From the NCBI RefSeq assembly GCF_009914755.1, contig NC_060925.1: 64,000 bases of DNA, one strand, 5' to 3'. Of the stretch, positions 13,020-29,175 are shown piece after piece; within the stretch, counting starts at the first letter, position 1, and every line of letters begins with the position of its first letter. The position numbers and the translations under genes were made by a program. Below the pieces are notes generated by a model that was not told the origin of the DNA, made no database searches, and saw only the letters and a list, made by a program, of their open reading frames with translations. This stretch comes from the human T2T-CHM13v2.0 reference genome, Homo sapiens.

Positions 13020-13735
13020 CCATCTCAACACCAGTCAGAATGGTGATTATTAAAAAGTCAAGGAAAAACAGATGGTAGAGAAATAGGAATGCTTTTACAC
13101 TGTTGGTGGGAATGTAAATTAGTTCAACCACTGTGGAAGACAATGTGGTGATTCCTCAAGGACCTAGAACCAGAAATACCATTTGACCCAGCAATCCCAT
13201 TACTGGGCATATACCCAAAGGAATATAAATCATTCTGTTATCAAGATACATACACATGTATGTTCATTGCAGCACTATTTGCAAAAGCAAAGATGTGGAA
13301 TCAACCCAAATGCCCATCAATGATAGACTGGATAAAGAAGATGTGGTACATATACACCATGGAATACTATGCAACCATAAAAAGGAATGAGATCATGTCC
13401 TTTGTAGGGACATGGATGGAACTGGAAGCCATTATCCTCAGCAAACTAACACAGAAACAGAAAACCAAACACTGCATGTTCTCACTCATAAGTGGGAGCT
13501 GAATGATGAGAACACATGGACACAGGGAGGGGAACAACACACACTGGGGCCTCTCACGGGTAAGTGTGGGGAGAGGGGAAGGGAGAGCATCAGGAGAAAT
13601 AACTAATACGTGCCGGGCTTAATACCTAGGTCACGGGTTGATAGGTGCAGCAAACCACCATGGCACACATTTACCTATGTAACAAACCTGCACATTCTGC
13701 ACATGTAACTCAGAATTTAAAATTTTTAAAAAAGA
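13020..13735 (+). mobile_element. 5'-truncated primate L1 (older L1PA/L1PB) with target-site duplication
   Basis: ORF 13260..13502 is the ORF2 C-terminus. TSD aagaatatta at 13010-13019 and 13732-13741. Confidence 0.92.
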
Positions 13736-14175
13736 ATATTAGAAGATCCTCATTAGACTCTAAATGCTTGAGTATAGATTCCCAGTATTCTCCTGTGTAC
13801 TCAAACACATGTATGTTTGAATAGTATCCCAGCTTGCTACCCTATTCTCAGTAAGTTCTAGGATTTCCTTGATGTTCTCTCCTTTTGACCTCTGCTTCAA
13901 CAAATTTATTAATTTAATCAGTGCAATTCAAGTTCAATTCATCAAGCCTTTATTGAGTGCCTCTTACTTGCCAGTCACTGGGCTAGGTTTTGGGGGTAGA
14001 GATGAGTAAAATGGTGCCTCCATTAGAAGTGTTTCAGATTTAGTGGGAGAGACAGATGAGAAAACAGAATTTCTCTAGGATGTGGTTAGGGCAGTGATGG
14101 AGGTGGACACGTTATGGGAGCACAGAATAGGGCTATTTTCCTTTATTGTCTTTTTCCTCTAAGAATTCCATTGTT

Positions 14176-14488
<313 letters not shown>

Positions 14489-17198
14489 TTACTTTCTAAC
14501 AGGTGAATGGGGAGCCGGCTGTCATTCCTGCCTCAAGGAGTATTGGAACTGTGGGAGTTAGGAAGCTGCCAGTGGCCAATGTGCATCAATTAAAGACCCA
14601 GTTGGTAGCCCTCCTGCACTGGGGGACAGAAAAGAACACTTGGAGGCCCAGGACAGCACAAGGCCACAGGCTGCATGGCCCTGGCTGCAGTGTGGTTGGG
14701 AGAATTTGGGGAGCAGGTAGTTTCAGCCAAAGACTAACTTGGTGACATGCGCATACCTCATGGCTGGCTCTGTGAGACCCCTGCAACAAATGCCACCTTT
14801 TTCCTTCCCTTTTTCAAGTTAGCTTTGCTTTTGTTCTCTTTCCCATTTCTCTGACATTTGCTTCTCCCCCCAGTTCTTATTTATTTCCTTTGTTGTTTAT
14901 ATCCCTACATTTTCTTTTACTGCTCACTCTTCTATCATCTTATTCTTCTTTCCCTCTACCATTTTTCCCCTCTACATTTGAGCCTTCTTTGCCTTTTAAT
15001 TTTATCTTTCTGCCTCTATCACCATGTTCTGAAACATAACTGTTAAACTCAGGGTTGGAGAGGAAATTTTCATTTCCAACAGGGCTTTTTATGATATGAA
15101 AAGAGTGTCTCATGTGTATCTGAGTATCCTAGGAAACAGAAGTCTAATTTCTAACTCATATTCTGCATACTGTGTTTGAAAGACATCATCATGAAAGGAG
15201 AGTCTCCCACCTGGGCAGCACAGGAGACTGTGCTGTGCACCTTACCTTTATTACAAGAACCAGCCAAACAATGATTCCTTCTTTTTTGTGGTTCTCTATC
15301 TCCACACCTATCCTTGAAGTTTCTCTTTATCTCGCTCTTTCTCTTTTTCTATTTCTGTCATATTTTTCAGTTCTATTTTCTATGTTGCTTCTCGTTCTTT
15401 TTTCTCTTTAGTCCTTCCCTACTTATTAGAAATTATATGACCCCCTCCTTAATGTCTTTCCTTGGCCTTGGAAGATAGAGTCAAAAGGAGTGTGGAAGAC
15501 TCCACTGCCCCAAGTCCCCCCGTTTCTGACGACGGCATGGAAGTGTGACTCAGGAGAGATGGGGAAGATTCAGAAACCTTGTCTAGCTCTTGAGATTCTT
15601 TATGAGTAGGATTTCTTTCTGCTTCTTATTTTTAGGTAGTATGAACGTAGACTCAGAGAATCTTAAAGTTGACAGGAATCTCTATTGGTTGTTTAAATAA
15701 CCTTTACCCCATGTAGGATCCCTCTTTACTTCCTAATGATGCTCTACAGGTAGCTCCCGGATACTTGGAGTTTTGGGAAGGGTGCCAGCACATGAATCCG
15801 TCCGCTTGGCTGTTGGCAGCACTAATTGTGTCAGTTACCGCTTGCGATTCTGTTGTCCTGGTCTGTATGATTTGTACCTAATGATTGTATATCTGCTTCC
15901 GAGGGCCATAGGGCATGCACTTTCCATACAGTTCTTTTTCTGAGATTGAAGACACGTCAAATAGTGAAGGAAGTTCAGGTACCTTCTTTAATACTTGAAC
16001 TATTTCAGAGAGGTTCCATCAGAAATAAACAAAACAAGCCATTTTTGCCACCCTTTGACTATAGAGGAACCCAGTTTTCTGAATGCCTCATTTCCTGATG
16101 GTTCTGAGTAGCTGAGATTGTTCTGGAGGGATTATGGGTGAGAAACTTCCTTTCATTCTTCACAGAAAGAAGAATAAAATGAGCAAGTTTTAAATTAAGA
16201 TTTTATTAATATTAGTAAGCTTTGCATTAGCCACAATGTCTGTGTGTACATTATAGTTTATAGAACACTCTTAATATTAAATACCATGTCATTTTATTTT
16301 TATAACTAGACCACGATACCCCCTTATTTTAGAGATGACAGAAGTGGGGTTCATAGAGGTTGAGAGACTTGTGTTGAGTTACCCCATTCTCAACAGAGTG
16401 AGTCAGACTTAAACTCAGTTCTTCTGCTCTTAATCTTCTGCTATGTCTTTCATAAATACATATATGTCCTTGTCTCTCCAAAGTCCCTGCAATGTCATGA
16501 GATTATAGGAAATAAGTTGTCTCCTTGGTGTACACAATCTAATAGAATTATGGATTTGTATGTGTGTGTATTTCTGGATTTGGCTGTGGAACATGGAAAA
16601 ATAGGAAGAAATCCAATTAGGGTCAAAGAGTGGTTTGTGCAATTATAAAAATACTGATACTATGTGAAGACCATTGAAATTCTTCTCCAGTTGCAAGCAT
16701 CAGCATAATTGATTTGTTTGGTAAAAATTCTGTCAAGGTAGAGATGAGTGAGTTACTTTTTTACTGCAGTTAATCCAGAGAAATTTCCTGAAGGAGATAG
16801 ACAGGGGAACCTAAGAAAATTTTGAAATAAAAAAATACAAGGGCCTGGTGGGTTGGAAAGAGGGGAAGGAGTTGAAACAGGGCAGAGAGGAGAAAGGGGA
16901 CAAGTGTTGGGGACAGGAATGGGACAGATGTTGTGGCCCTTGTGTTTTGCTTGGGATTTGGAACTAGGGTTCTGGTATGATGATAAGTTTTCCTTCTTTG
17001 CAAAGTAAAACCCAGATGGCTAAATTTAATTCCACTTGGAGCCACTGGTGATTCACCCAAGCTCAGGTGCACCCACATACAGCTGGCGTCAGCGCTGTGT
17101 GCTTTCCAGGCTGAGCTTGCCTCAGCCCCGCTTCCTGCATGGAACAAGAGGGGAAAACCAGACTGGTAACCTTGACCCTTCTGTGTCTCTGTCTGCAG

Positions 17199-17302
17199 CA
17201 TCCTGGCCACTGCAGGAACCCACTTCAATACTCACGTGGACCTGAGGACCCTCCGGGCTGTGCGTGTCCTGCGGCCTTTGAAGCTCGTGTCAGGGATACC
17301 TA
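17199..17302 (+). CDS. CACNA1E: CACNA1E (Cav2.3 alpha-1E) coding exon 4, 104 nt: domain I S3-S4 loop and S4 voltage sensor
   Basis: Acceptor ctgtgtctctgtctgcag| and donor |gtgagc. Translates (G)[34 protein letters not shown](S), with the R/K-x-x S4 repeat. Not shown in the ORF track. Splices in frame to the next exon (A|GC = Ser). Confidence 0.97.
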
Positions 17303-20027
<2,725 letters not shown>

Positions 20028-20209
20028 GTATTCTAGAAGGATTTGACCCCCCTCACCCATGTGGTGTGCAGGGCTGCCCAGCTGGTTATGAATGCAAGGA
20101 CTGGATCGGCCCCAATGATGGGATCACCCAGTTTGATAACATCCTTTTTGCTGTGCTGACTGTCTTCCAGTGCATCACCATGGAAGGGTGGACCACTGTG
20201 CTGTACAAT
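20028..20209 (+). CDS. CACNA1E: CACNA1E coding exon 6, 182 nt: domain I extracellular loop and pore loop (selectivity-filter Glu codon GAA at 20183-20185)
   Basis: Acceptor tgtgtctgcag| and donor AAT|gtgagt. Translates [60 protein letters not shown], including the Cav pore motif FQCITMEGW. Confidence 0.98.
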
Positions 20210-20549
20210 GTGAGTAGAGCTGGTGGGGACCTGGAAGGAGGAGGGAAGAACCCTGGATGGAGGCTTCTGTGGTTGTTTGGCCTGGCTAGTCCGGGGACAG
20301 GGAGGGCTATGGATATAGGTGTATTGGGATGGGAGGTGAAGACTCAACTGGGATAAGCCTTAGCAGTTCATAACCCTCTTTTGTCTGGCCTGTTGCTACG
20401 TACAAGTACACAGCTTCTTAATACGATTAGGAAATTACATCCTATGTTGGATAGGTGAACAAATTAGTTAAGTCAGATCAACTTAATAGTTACAGAATAT
20501 GTTGGTTGGACGTGGCGGTAGGGTATAGTGAAGGGTACTAATGTATGAT

Positions 20550-20970
20550 ACTGGCTGCCCAGTAGAATTAGCTGGAAGCCTTAAAAAATTTTATCACCCC
20601 CTCAGGATCTGGGAGAATTTACTAAAAAAGAACAAAAAGAAAAGAAAAAAAAATTATACCAACTGAGCTCCATCCCACACCAATTAAGTAGGAATATTTA
20701 GGGGTGAAGGTCATTTTAGAAAAGTCATTGACTTTTCTAAAAAGCTTCCTATCTGATTCTCGTATGTAGCCACTGTCAAGAACTACTGCATTACACACAC
20801 ATAAAAAGCATGCTTAATTGTGAGATTCACCAGGGGTGCTTGTTGAAAATTCAGATTCACAGACCCCTTCTCTGGAGATTCTAATTTTGTGTAGCTTTGT
20901 ATAGCTAGTGAGCTGTGCTTTTTTCAAGTGCCCTGGTGATTCACATGATCAGACATGTTGAGAAGGTTCT
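20550..20970. mobile_element. MER5-type hAT fragments
   Basis: Motifs aattcagattcacagacccc, gagattctaatt, ctggtgattc and caagaactactg. Confidence 0.55.
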
Positions 20971-22534
20971 GAGTTGGTCTAGCTGCCTGTCAGGGATGTT
21001 GGGGATTCCTGCATGGGGACAGAAGGTAGGGTGATCATGAAGTCTCTTCCATCTTCCAGAGTCTAATTTTAATAAGTTATCAAAGGCTTGGTGCAGACTC
21101 TATGCTCAAAAATGAGAGTGACTTGAGGTATGTGGTTTGATGTACATGGATCCTAGGTGGGTAAAGCAGTTTGGGCAGGTGCTTTTGAAGGACTGTACCC
21201 TTACCTGCATTCAGCCAGCCCACCCCAAAACAGTAACTTTGGAATGATCATGCCTCTTATGCACGCTCCCACCGTCTGCCTTTACCTTAAGGTGCCGTCT
21301 GTTTCCTTCAGTTCTTCTCTAGATCTTTTTAGCCTGATTCTATCTGTATAAAACTTATTAGGTGGAACATAAGGTGGCTTATACAAAGCACCCTTTAGAA
21401 AGAGCTTTGGATATAATTTACACTGGAGGGAAAGGAAATGCTGTGTCTCAGAAGAAACTCGACGAGACTATAATGCCCAAAGAGCAAGGATTGTGTAAGG
21501 CCTGTAAAAGGAAGTACTTAGTAGAGGTCCATTGCTAACCTGGATCCATTCCCACATAGGATGAGCAAGGCAGGACTGAAGCTTTGCAGAAAAGAGTCAC
21601 TGGCTATTATGCTAAAGCTCTAAAGGGCAGTGAAGAAGTCCCAAGGACCAGCTTACACCCAGCAAGCCCAGGGATGAAGTGTGACCCAGAAAGCCCTGGA
21701 GGACACTCTGCAGTTCTCACCAGCTGTGGGAGGCAGCAGGAAGGAGGGGAGGGAGGCAAGGTTGATGAGTGCAGTCACTCCTCATTTGAGATGTAAAGGT
21801 TGTCTTGAGGCCATGCCACTCAAATTAGCCAGGCACCTCTAGGAATTGCAGCACTGGCCCTGCAGTGGCTGGTGTCACATGGAGGGCTTTGAGAGTGATG
21901 CATTTCAATTATATGTGTAGACTCACCTAAGTGATGTGATAAATGCATTGAAAGCCTGAAAGGAGAAGTGTTGCATTTGAGGATACAGGCGTGATTGTTG
22001 GTCCTCTTTAGCCAAGATTCAGATGGTACTGAGAGGAGAAGGAGCACAGCTGAAGAACCACTCATTTTTTCTTTATTAGTTTCTTTGTTCATTCCTTCAT
22101 TCTTTCTGTGTTTATTAACTGAGCATCTATTACATGCCAAGCACTGTCCTAGGCACTAGGGAAATAGGGAGAAAAAAGTGCCATGATTCCTGCTATCATA
22201 GTGCTCTCTTCAAATCCCTCTCTCCCCAGTTACCTGTCAACCACAGGTTTAGAAGTTACACACAGGCAGAGATTTTGCTCCTCTCTCTAGTTTTGCTCAC
22301 TAAGGAGGGAAGGAGGGAGGGGAGGAGATCAAGTTGCAGATACTTTGAAACCTTTTATTGCATGGGTGTCCAGGGCCCACAGACTCACATACTCTGACTT
22401 CCAGCCTGTCAGTCATTGAACTTGAGTTTACTGAAGGCCTCCTGCTATTCTGATGGCTGGATTTAGGGCTAGGGGGACTGTTACCCAAAGACTGTCTACC
22501 TGTTTGGACTGTCTGCTACCTGTTTGGACTGTTC

Positions 22535-22536
<2 letters not shown>

Positions 22537-22578
<42 letters not shown>
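22537..22578. repeat. (AC)21 microsatellite
   Basis: Uninterrupted 42-bp AC run. Confidence 0.98.
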
Positions 22579-22580
<2 letters not shown>

Positions 22581-24799
22581 ATACACACTGGTTGCGTACC
22601 ATGAAGTTAACTATGAATGACTAGTCAGCTTAGTATTATAAATACATGTATACATATATATGTGTGTGTTTCTGCATATAGAAAAATGACTCACTAAGCA
22701 TCACCACAACCACCACCAATAAGATACAAATATAAATATAACTGTATTGATTTTCCTTTCTACCACTCCTCATTCTGGGAAGGCCCAGTTCACCCAGCTG
22801 CTGGATTTGTTCATGAAGAGCACTAAGAGAGGGGGATCCCCTATTTCCCAGCCCTATGCACCTTCTATTCAGTGGTGCAACGAACATGTAAGATTTATTG
22901 TTGTTAGTTACATCCAAACCAGTAGGAGAATCTTCAGGTTTACCCAGTAGGAAGAAGCTCTCAAGCATGTGGGCTCAGTTTAACCTTTTTATATGCAATG
23001 TAAATGCTTCCCTCATGTTTGCCTCCCTTTTCTGTAGCACAGACTCTTCCTAGATGCCTCCCTATGACCTTGTGTTGCTCTGCCAATGATTACTATTAAC
23101 TTCATTTGCTTGTGGCTTTTCTCATTATAATGAATTGTAAGGGGGAGGGTTCCCATTGTCAAGGCAACCTGGAGTCACCTGTGCTTCATTTAGTCTCTAT
23201 CCAAATGTCAACTGCTTGGTCAAACTCCAACTATATTCTTGGCTTCCCTCCCTCCTCTGGTGGAAGGAATGCAAAACTGTCGACAGTTCTGGCTATTGCT
23301 ACCTGTTTGCACTGTCTGTCCCAAAGGTCTCCTCGACTTGCAAACTCTCTTCTTTACTTATTTCTCGTAACCTGATAAGTATGTCTTCCACAGTACAATG
23401 TGTTCTCCTTCTGATCAATGCTCTTCATTCAACAAATGTTACTGTGGCTCGCTAACCCTCTTCACCTGGGCTGGAGGTGGCTGAGAGAAGTGACTTTCTT
23501 CTGATTCTGATCTGAGTCTTATTTCTCTTTGTCATTATAGTTTTATGTTATCTGCTGATTCAGTTAGCTCTTTTATTGTATCAGGACTAATTCCCAGATT
23601 GCAGAGGTTCCCAGTCCCTGTCTGCAGTTACTCACATCTTTGCTCCTGAAGTCTAGTATGTTTCATTTGTATTTCTGTAGTTGGAGTTATTTCTCTTCTT
23701 ACTTACTGTTGATAAACTCATGTAGAGGCAGAAATTTCTTGGAGGTGTACTGTTTCTGCAGCTTTGCAGGTATGCTTTCCGCATCTGTTGTGACTACTTA
23801 AGATGCTCCAAGCTGCTATGGTGGAAGGGGTTTTATGGACTTCATTGGCTTTTGGCAAGAAGAGGCAACTTAAAGTCTGGATGCTTTCTGAGAGTCTTCC
23901 CAACTCCTCAGAAATCTTTTGGTCTATAAACAATGACTGTGGCTGTCTTTTAAGTTGCCTTTTCACAGCTGCATATAGTCAGGATTTATTAAATGGTTAA
24001 CAGCTATTCACTTTCTGTCTCATTGAGATTTTGCTTTATGTTCCTCTATGAGCATGGTGAGGCATAACATCCATCTCGCAGTTGATGAAAAACTACCATT
24101 CTCTTTATGAAGTTCCTCTCATTTTGTGGTATCTACAGAGAATGCTTTGGGTTCTGAGATCCATGAGACTAGGGAATGTGGCTTCCATCTTTGCTTCAGT
24201 CTTTTCCTACCACCTCCTCCACATTATAGTAGAACTACTCAAAACTAATTTGACAAATAGGTGGCAGGAGTCTATGATTATCTTATGGTGCTAGAGTGAT
24301 AAGATGAACCAACTGACCTAGGATCAGGTGTATAGTTCCTAAAATTTGTAGACACTGTAATTGTGACTGGTATTGTAGATACTGTAAGTGTTACTGTAAT
24401 TGTAATTGGTATCCAGGATCACTCATGCTCTGGAATAAACTGGTCCCCCCCCCTGCCTCAAACAACCCCATCTGGACTGCCCTGTTCTTATGTCCTTGCA
24501 TGAGTCTGGGATCCTGTAATATAGGTGATGCTTGGAATTGGATACTAGTATCTGTTCATCTGTTACTTATCCATAGAGGGATTGGTAAGTGGATCTTGGA
24601 AGTTACTTTCTTTTTCCCATGACGGCTGGGAGGTGAGGTGTATGTGCTTAGTGAGGAGCTATGATAACTTCTTTTTAATTGGCAGAACACCTTGCTTGTC
24701 AGGCTTTTCATGGAGAGGAGAGAGTAGAGGGAGAGGGAAACTATTTCCTGAACTCACAGTAAAGGCTTTTCCCCTCTGTTTACATTCATACATAAGTAT

Positions 24800-27000
24800 A
24801 GATTCATTCACTAACTCATTCATTCACCAAATAATTTTTAAGTGGCTACTATGTGCCAAATACTGTTCTAGATGTTGGTGATACAGTAGAGAGTAAAACA
24901 TAGGAAAGTCCCGGCCCTCATGGAACTTATATTCTAGTGGGAAAATGCATATAGAACATAAGGAAAACATATGGTATATCAGATAGTGATAGATGCTGTG
25001 GAGAAAAAAAATGTGGGGAAAAAGAGAACTTGGTTGCAATTTTAAATGGAGATGTCAGGAGGACCACATTGAGAAGATGGCATTCGAACAAAGACTTGAA
25101 GTGGGTGGGTGAGGGAGTGGGCCATGTGGTTATCTGGGGGAAGAGTCTCCTGAGTCCCAGATAGCTGGGCCAGCAAGTGCAGAGATCCTGAGATGGGGAC
25201 GGGCTGGGTGTATTTGAAGAACAGCAAAGAGCACAGTGGGTTGAACTGCAGTGAGTGAGGCGGAAAGTAGGAGATGGAATAGTCAGTCAGATCATGTGGA
25301 GCCCTGAAGGCCATTATACAGACTCTGGTTTTTACTCTGAGTGAGATGGGAAAGCAATGGAGGGTTTTGAGGAAAGGAGTGACATGACCTGACTTGTGTT
25401 TGAAAAAGGATCACTCCACCTCCTTTGGTAGAGCAAAAGTAGAAACAGGGATTCAAATCAAGGTTATAGCAAGGATATAAAAAAAATGATAGAGGCTTGG
25501 GCCAGGGAGGTAGCAGCGGAGGAGGTGAAAAGTGGTTGGATTCTGCATATATTTTTAAGTAGAGCTCATGGGATTCTTCGATGGATTGAATATGAGTTTG
25601 GGAGAAAGCAGCAAGAAGAGCGGAGTTGCCATTAACTAAGCTGGGGAAGAACACAGGTAAAGTATGTTGGGAGGAAGAGGAGAATTGAGTTTGGATGTGT
25701 TAAATTTGCCATGCTCATTTGATACAGTAGTATAGGGAAGGGGGTGAATAAATGAGTTCATGGTAGAAGGCTTGGCTGGAGAAATAAATTTGGGAGTTTT
25801 CAGTGTATAGATGGTAAAGTATTGAGACTGGCCAAAACCACCAAGGAAGTGAATATAGACAGGGAAGAGAGGAGATTCCAGGACTGAGTTCTGATGTTAA
25901 GGTGAAGAGGAAAACGGTTATCAGCAAAGAAGACTGAGAAGGAGCAGTAGGGAGGTGAGAGGAAAATTAGAAACCTGGTGTCCTGGGGCCAAGTGAAGAG
26001 CGCGCTGCAGAGGGATAAAGTAGAGGATGATCAAGTCAGTTCTCTGAAGAAGTGTTTTTCCTATCATATGATTATTCAGTTAAAAAAGGTTATTACTAGA
26101 GTATCTTGCAAATAATTTCTTGGTCATTTGTATAAATTCATCCACAGATTCTCTTGAATTCACATTCATATTTACTCTTTCAAAAACTCTTATCTATATG
26201 CTTTGCTCATTTGAATCAAATGCTTCAGATGGGTCAAGGAAGGTGAGGGCTAAGAACCACTGAATGCCAGGAGCAGTTTGAGTGGAGTAGGAAGGATTTC
26301 AGAGAGCAATGGAAACAGCGTGGAAGAAATACCACTTACATGCTGATGGGAATGATCCATTTGAGATAAAAATTATTGTTGATGAAGGAGAGGGAGGAGA
26401 ATTGGTGGAGTGATTTCCTTGAACAGGTGTGTGTGTGTGGTGTGGGGAGGTCTAGACCACAGATGTAGGGATTGGCTTAGATAGGAGCTCTAATCATCCA
26501 TTCATAGTACTAGGAGTAGAGGAAGAACAAGTGGCTGCAAAGGCTGGTACGTGGGTAGATGTGGTGTTGGAATCTTGTAGAAATTCTCTTCCTATTGCTT
26601 CTATTTTCTCAATGAAAGAGGAAGTAAGGTCATCAGCAGAGGGTGGAAGGAGGAAAATGTTGAAAGTTTGAGAAGGTATAACATAGTTTTCCAGAAGACT
26701 GAGGGAGTAAGTGGAGTAGGAAATGCATTGGGTTGCTGGGCAGCTTTATGGACTCACTTGGAGTTAGTTGTGATGAAGTTCAAGTGAGACCAGTGAGCCT
26801 GGTGTGTTTTCCTCTGGTCACATTCAGCCACTGAATATGGGAAGTAGGTGGAGATTTGGCTTTTATGAGAATAGTTTTGCCAGTTGAGCACAATAAAATG
26901 AGAGAAGATCAAGAGAGTGACTATAACATAGCCATGGAATTTGAGCTGGATAAAGAGCAAAGAGGTGGCGGAGAAACCGTGAAAAGGGAGGAGAGAACGT
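24800..27000 (-). mobile_element. Long L2 LINE relic
   Basis: Reverse-complemented L2 3' end (cattcattcacc...ctactatgtgcca...ccctcatggaacttatattctagtggg) followed by a purine-rich L2 body. Confidence 0.8.
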
Positions 27001-27034
27001 GGATTATAGACCGTTTTTGAAATGTGACTCTTAG

Positions 27035-27371
<337 letters not shown>

Positions 27372-28475
27372 TCAGTCTGTGGAGTAAGTTGAGAAACCTG
27401 TCTCACTGCATAGAAGTAGGGAGTGGGTTTTGAAACCAAATGTTCTGATTTCTAATTTGATGCTCGCACTGCCCCCAGTGGAAGGAGAGTGAGTGTGTGC
27501 ATGTGCCGCACATGTGCAGAGTAAGCTGTGACTCTGGGCGCCGGCGCACCGCTGGGCCCTCTGTGGCACCACTCCCAGGGTGTCTGGTCCTGTTTCAGCT
27601 CAATTCAGAATGTGAACTTGGGGAACATTTGGGGACTGAAACCCACCAGGCCCGCCCACCTACCTCACTAGCATTGTACTCTGTCATCTTGGTTTCCTCC
27701 TCAGAGTGTCTGTCTCTTTTTTTAAACACACTTAACGTTGCAGCTTATGATGCTGACTTTGGCAGCCTGTTCTGTTAATACTTGTCCTCTCTAAACCCTA
27801 CAGTGCCTTCTTCTTGGCCCCTGTCTGCTGGGCTGGGAGCCTGTGGTCCACAGCCTTCTCCCCACCGCTCCCTCCCTGGGAAGAAACCGGCGTTTTCTTT
27901 CTTTCTCACACTTAACTATTTTCCCATCCATAGCAGTCTCCACCCTGAAGTTATTCCTACTCATTGCATTTCTGTCTTGGTTTGTCAAACCAGGATGCCA
28001 TCATGTTTGGGATTTATTCCAAATGTGCTAAGTGTGCCTCCTGATCTGGTGCCTGAATTTCACACCACGAACCAGGCCAGTCTCCTAGTCTTTTGTCTGT
28101 GCATAGCCATTAGGCTGGCTCAGGGCTCCTTTCCTTTTTGTTTCATTTACTCTAATATGCGGTTTAATTTCTAATCCATGGCCAAAGGCCTCAGGTGCCT
28201 GATGTGTCACGCAGCTTTGGGCTATGATCTTCCTGTTCTCAGGCAACACCAGGCCTTAGGACTGAGGGGCAGAAATTAGCTGGAGGTGGTGCGTTGGTGA
28301 CTCAATGGCTGTTTCAGGTACTTTTCACTCTGGAATCCAAATGCTGACAGAATCTCAGCCAGGTGGGGATGGCACAGTGCCAGTATATGGCACACTAGGA
28401 AAGCCAAGAAGTCTTTATTCACTGTTCCTCAATTCATTATTCACTCGAAGACTTATGAGCAATTTTTTTCATGCC

Positions 28476-28650
28476 CTTCAGAGTGTGGTCCATCTTGGAA
28501 TCATCCAGGGGTAATTATTGTAATTGCAGATTCCCGGGCCCTGCCCCAGATCTGGTGGGCCAGCATCTCTAGAGGTAGGAGGAAGGAATCTGTATTTTCA
28601 GCAAGCTCCCATGTGATTCTGAGGCCACGCTGAAGTTTGAGAACCACTGT
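28476..28650. mobile_element. MER5A hAT MITE
   Basis: tgcagattcccgggccctgcccca...aatctgtatttt...gtgattctga...agtttgagaaccactg. Confidence 0.85.
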
Positions 28651-29004
28651 TCTACATCAATGTAATTGCCAGGCAGTAAGAGGGTGACATGGCACATAAA
28701 TGGGAGAGTACTGAAGAAAAAGGCACACTTCTGCCTTCAGGCTGCAAGCCTACTATGTGAATTTCCATGAGGTCATGCGTTATTCAATGTTTGCCTAACA
28801 TAAAGTGATTGACACACAGTGGGCTCTCAGGAAGTAGTTAATTTATGGACTTAGGTCAAGAAGGGGCAATAAGTCAGGTGCATGGGTACATACATATACT
28901 TGTAACAATAGGGCAAACTAAATATAGCGAATAATTGGGAGATATACAAGCAGAGATCTCTGGGAGGATTGAGGAGAGAGTGGATAATTTAAAGTGAACT
29001 GCTG

Positions 29005-29175
29005 AGCCTGGCTTGGTGGCTCACACCTGTAGTCCCAGCTACCTGGAAGGCTGAGGCAGGAGGATCTCTTGAGTCCAGGAGTTCAAGGCTGCAGTGTGCT
29101 ATGATTGACCTATGAATCATAGGTCAGCCTGGGCAACATAGTGAGACTCCATCTCTAAAAAGAAAATAAAATAAA
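29005..29175 (+). mobile_element. FAM/FRAM-type Alu monomer
   Basis: Single arm containing gctgcagtgtgctatgat, an A-rich tail, and a degenerate TSD aaagtga(a/g)ct(g/t)ct. Confidence 0.8.

Noticed and set aside
14790-15420. Long pyrimidine-rich tracts as splice acceptors
   Set aside because: Low-complexity sequence with no convincing downstream exon or donor.
24346-24410. Degenerate ~28-bp tandem repeat (ttgtaga.actgtaa.tgt.actg)
   Set aside because: Two decayed units of low complexity with no spacer structure; ordinary slippage.
27465-27481. CTCF-like gcactgcccccagtgg
   Set aside because: One base short of the core spacing (CTGCCCCCTAGTGG), so it cannot be supported.
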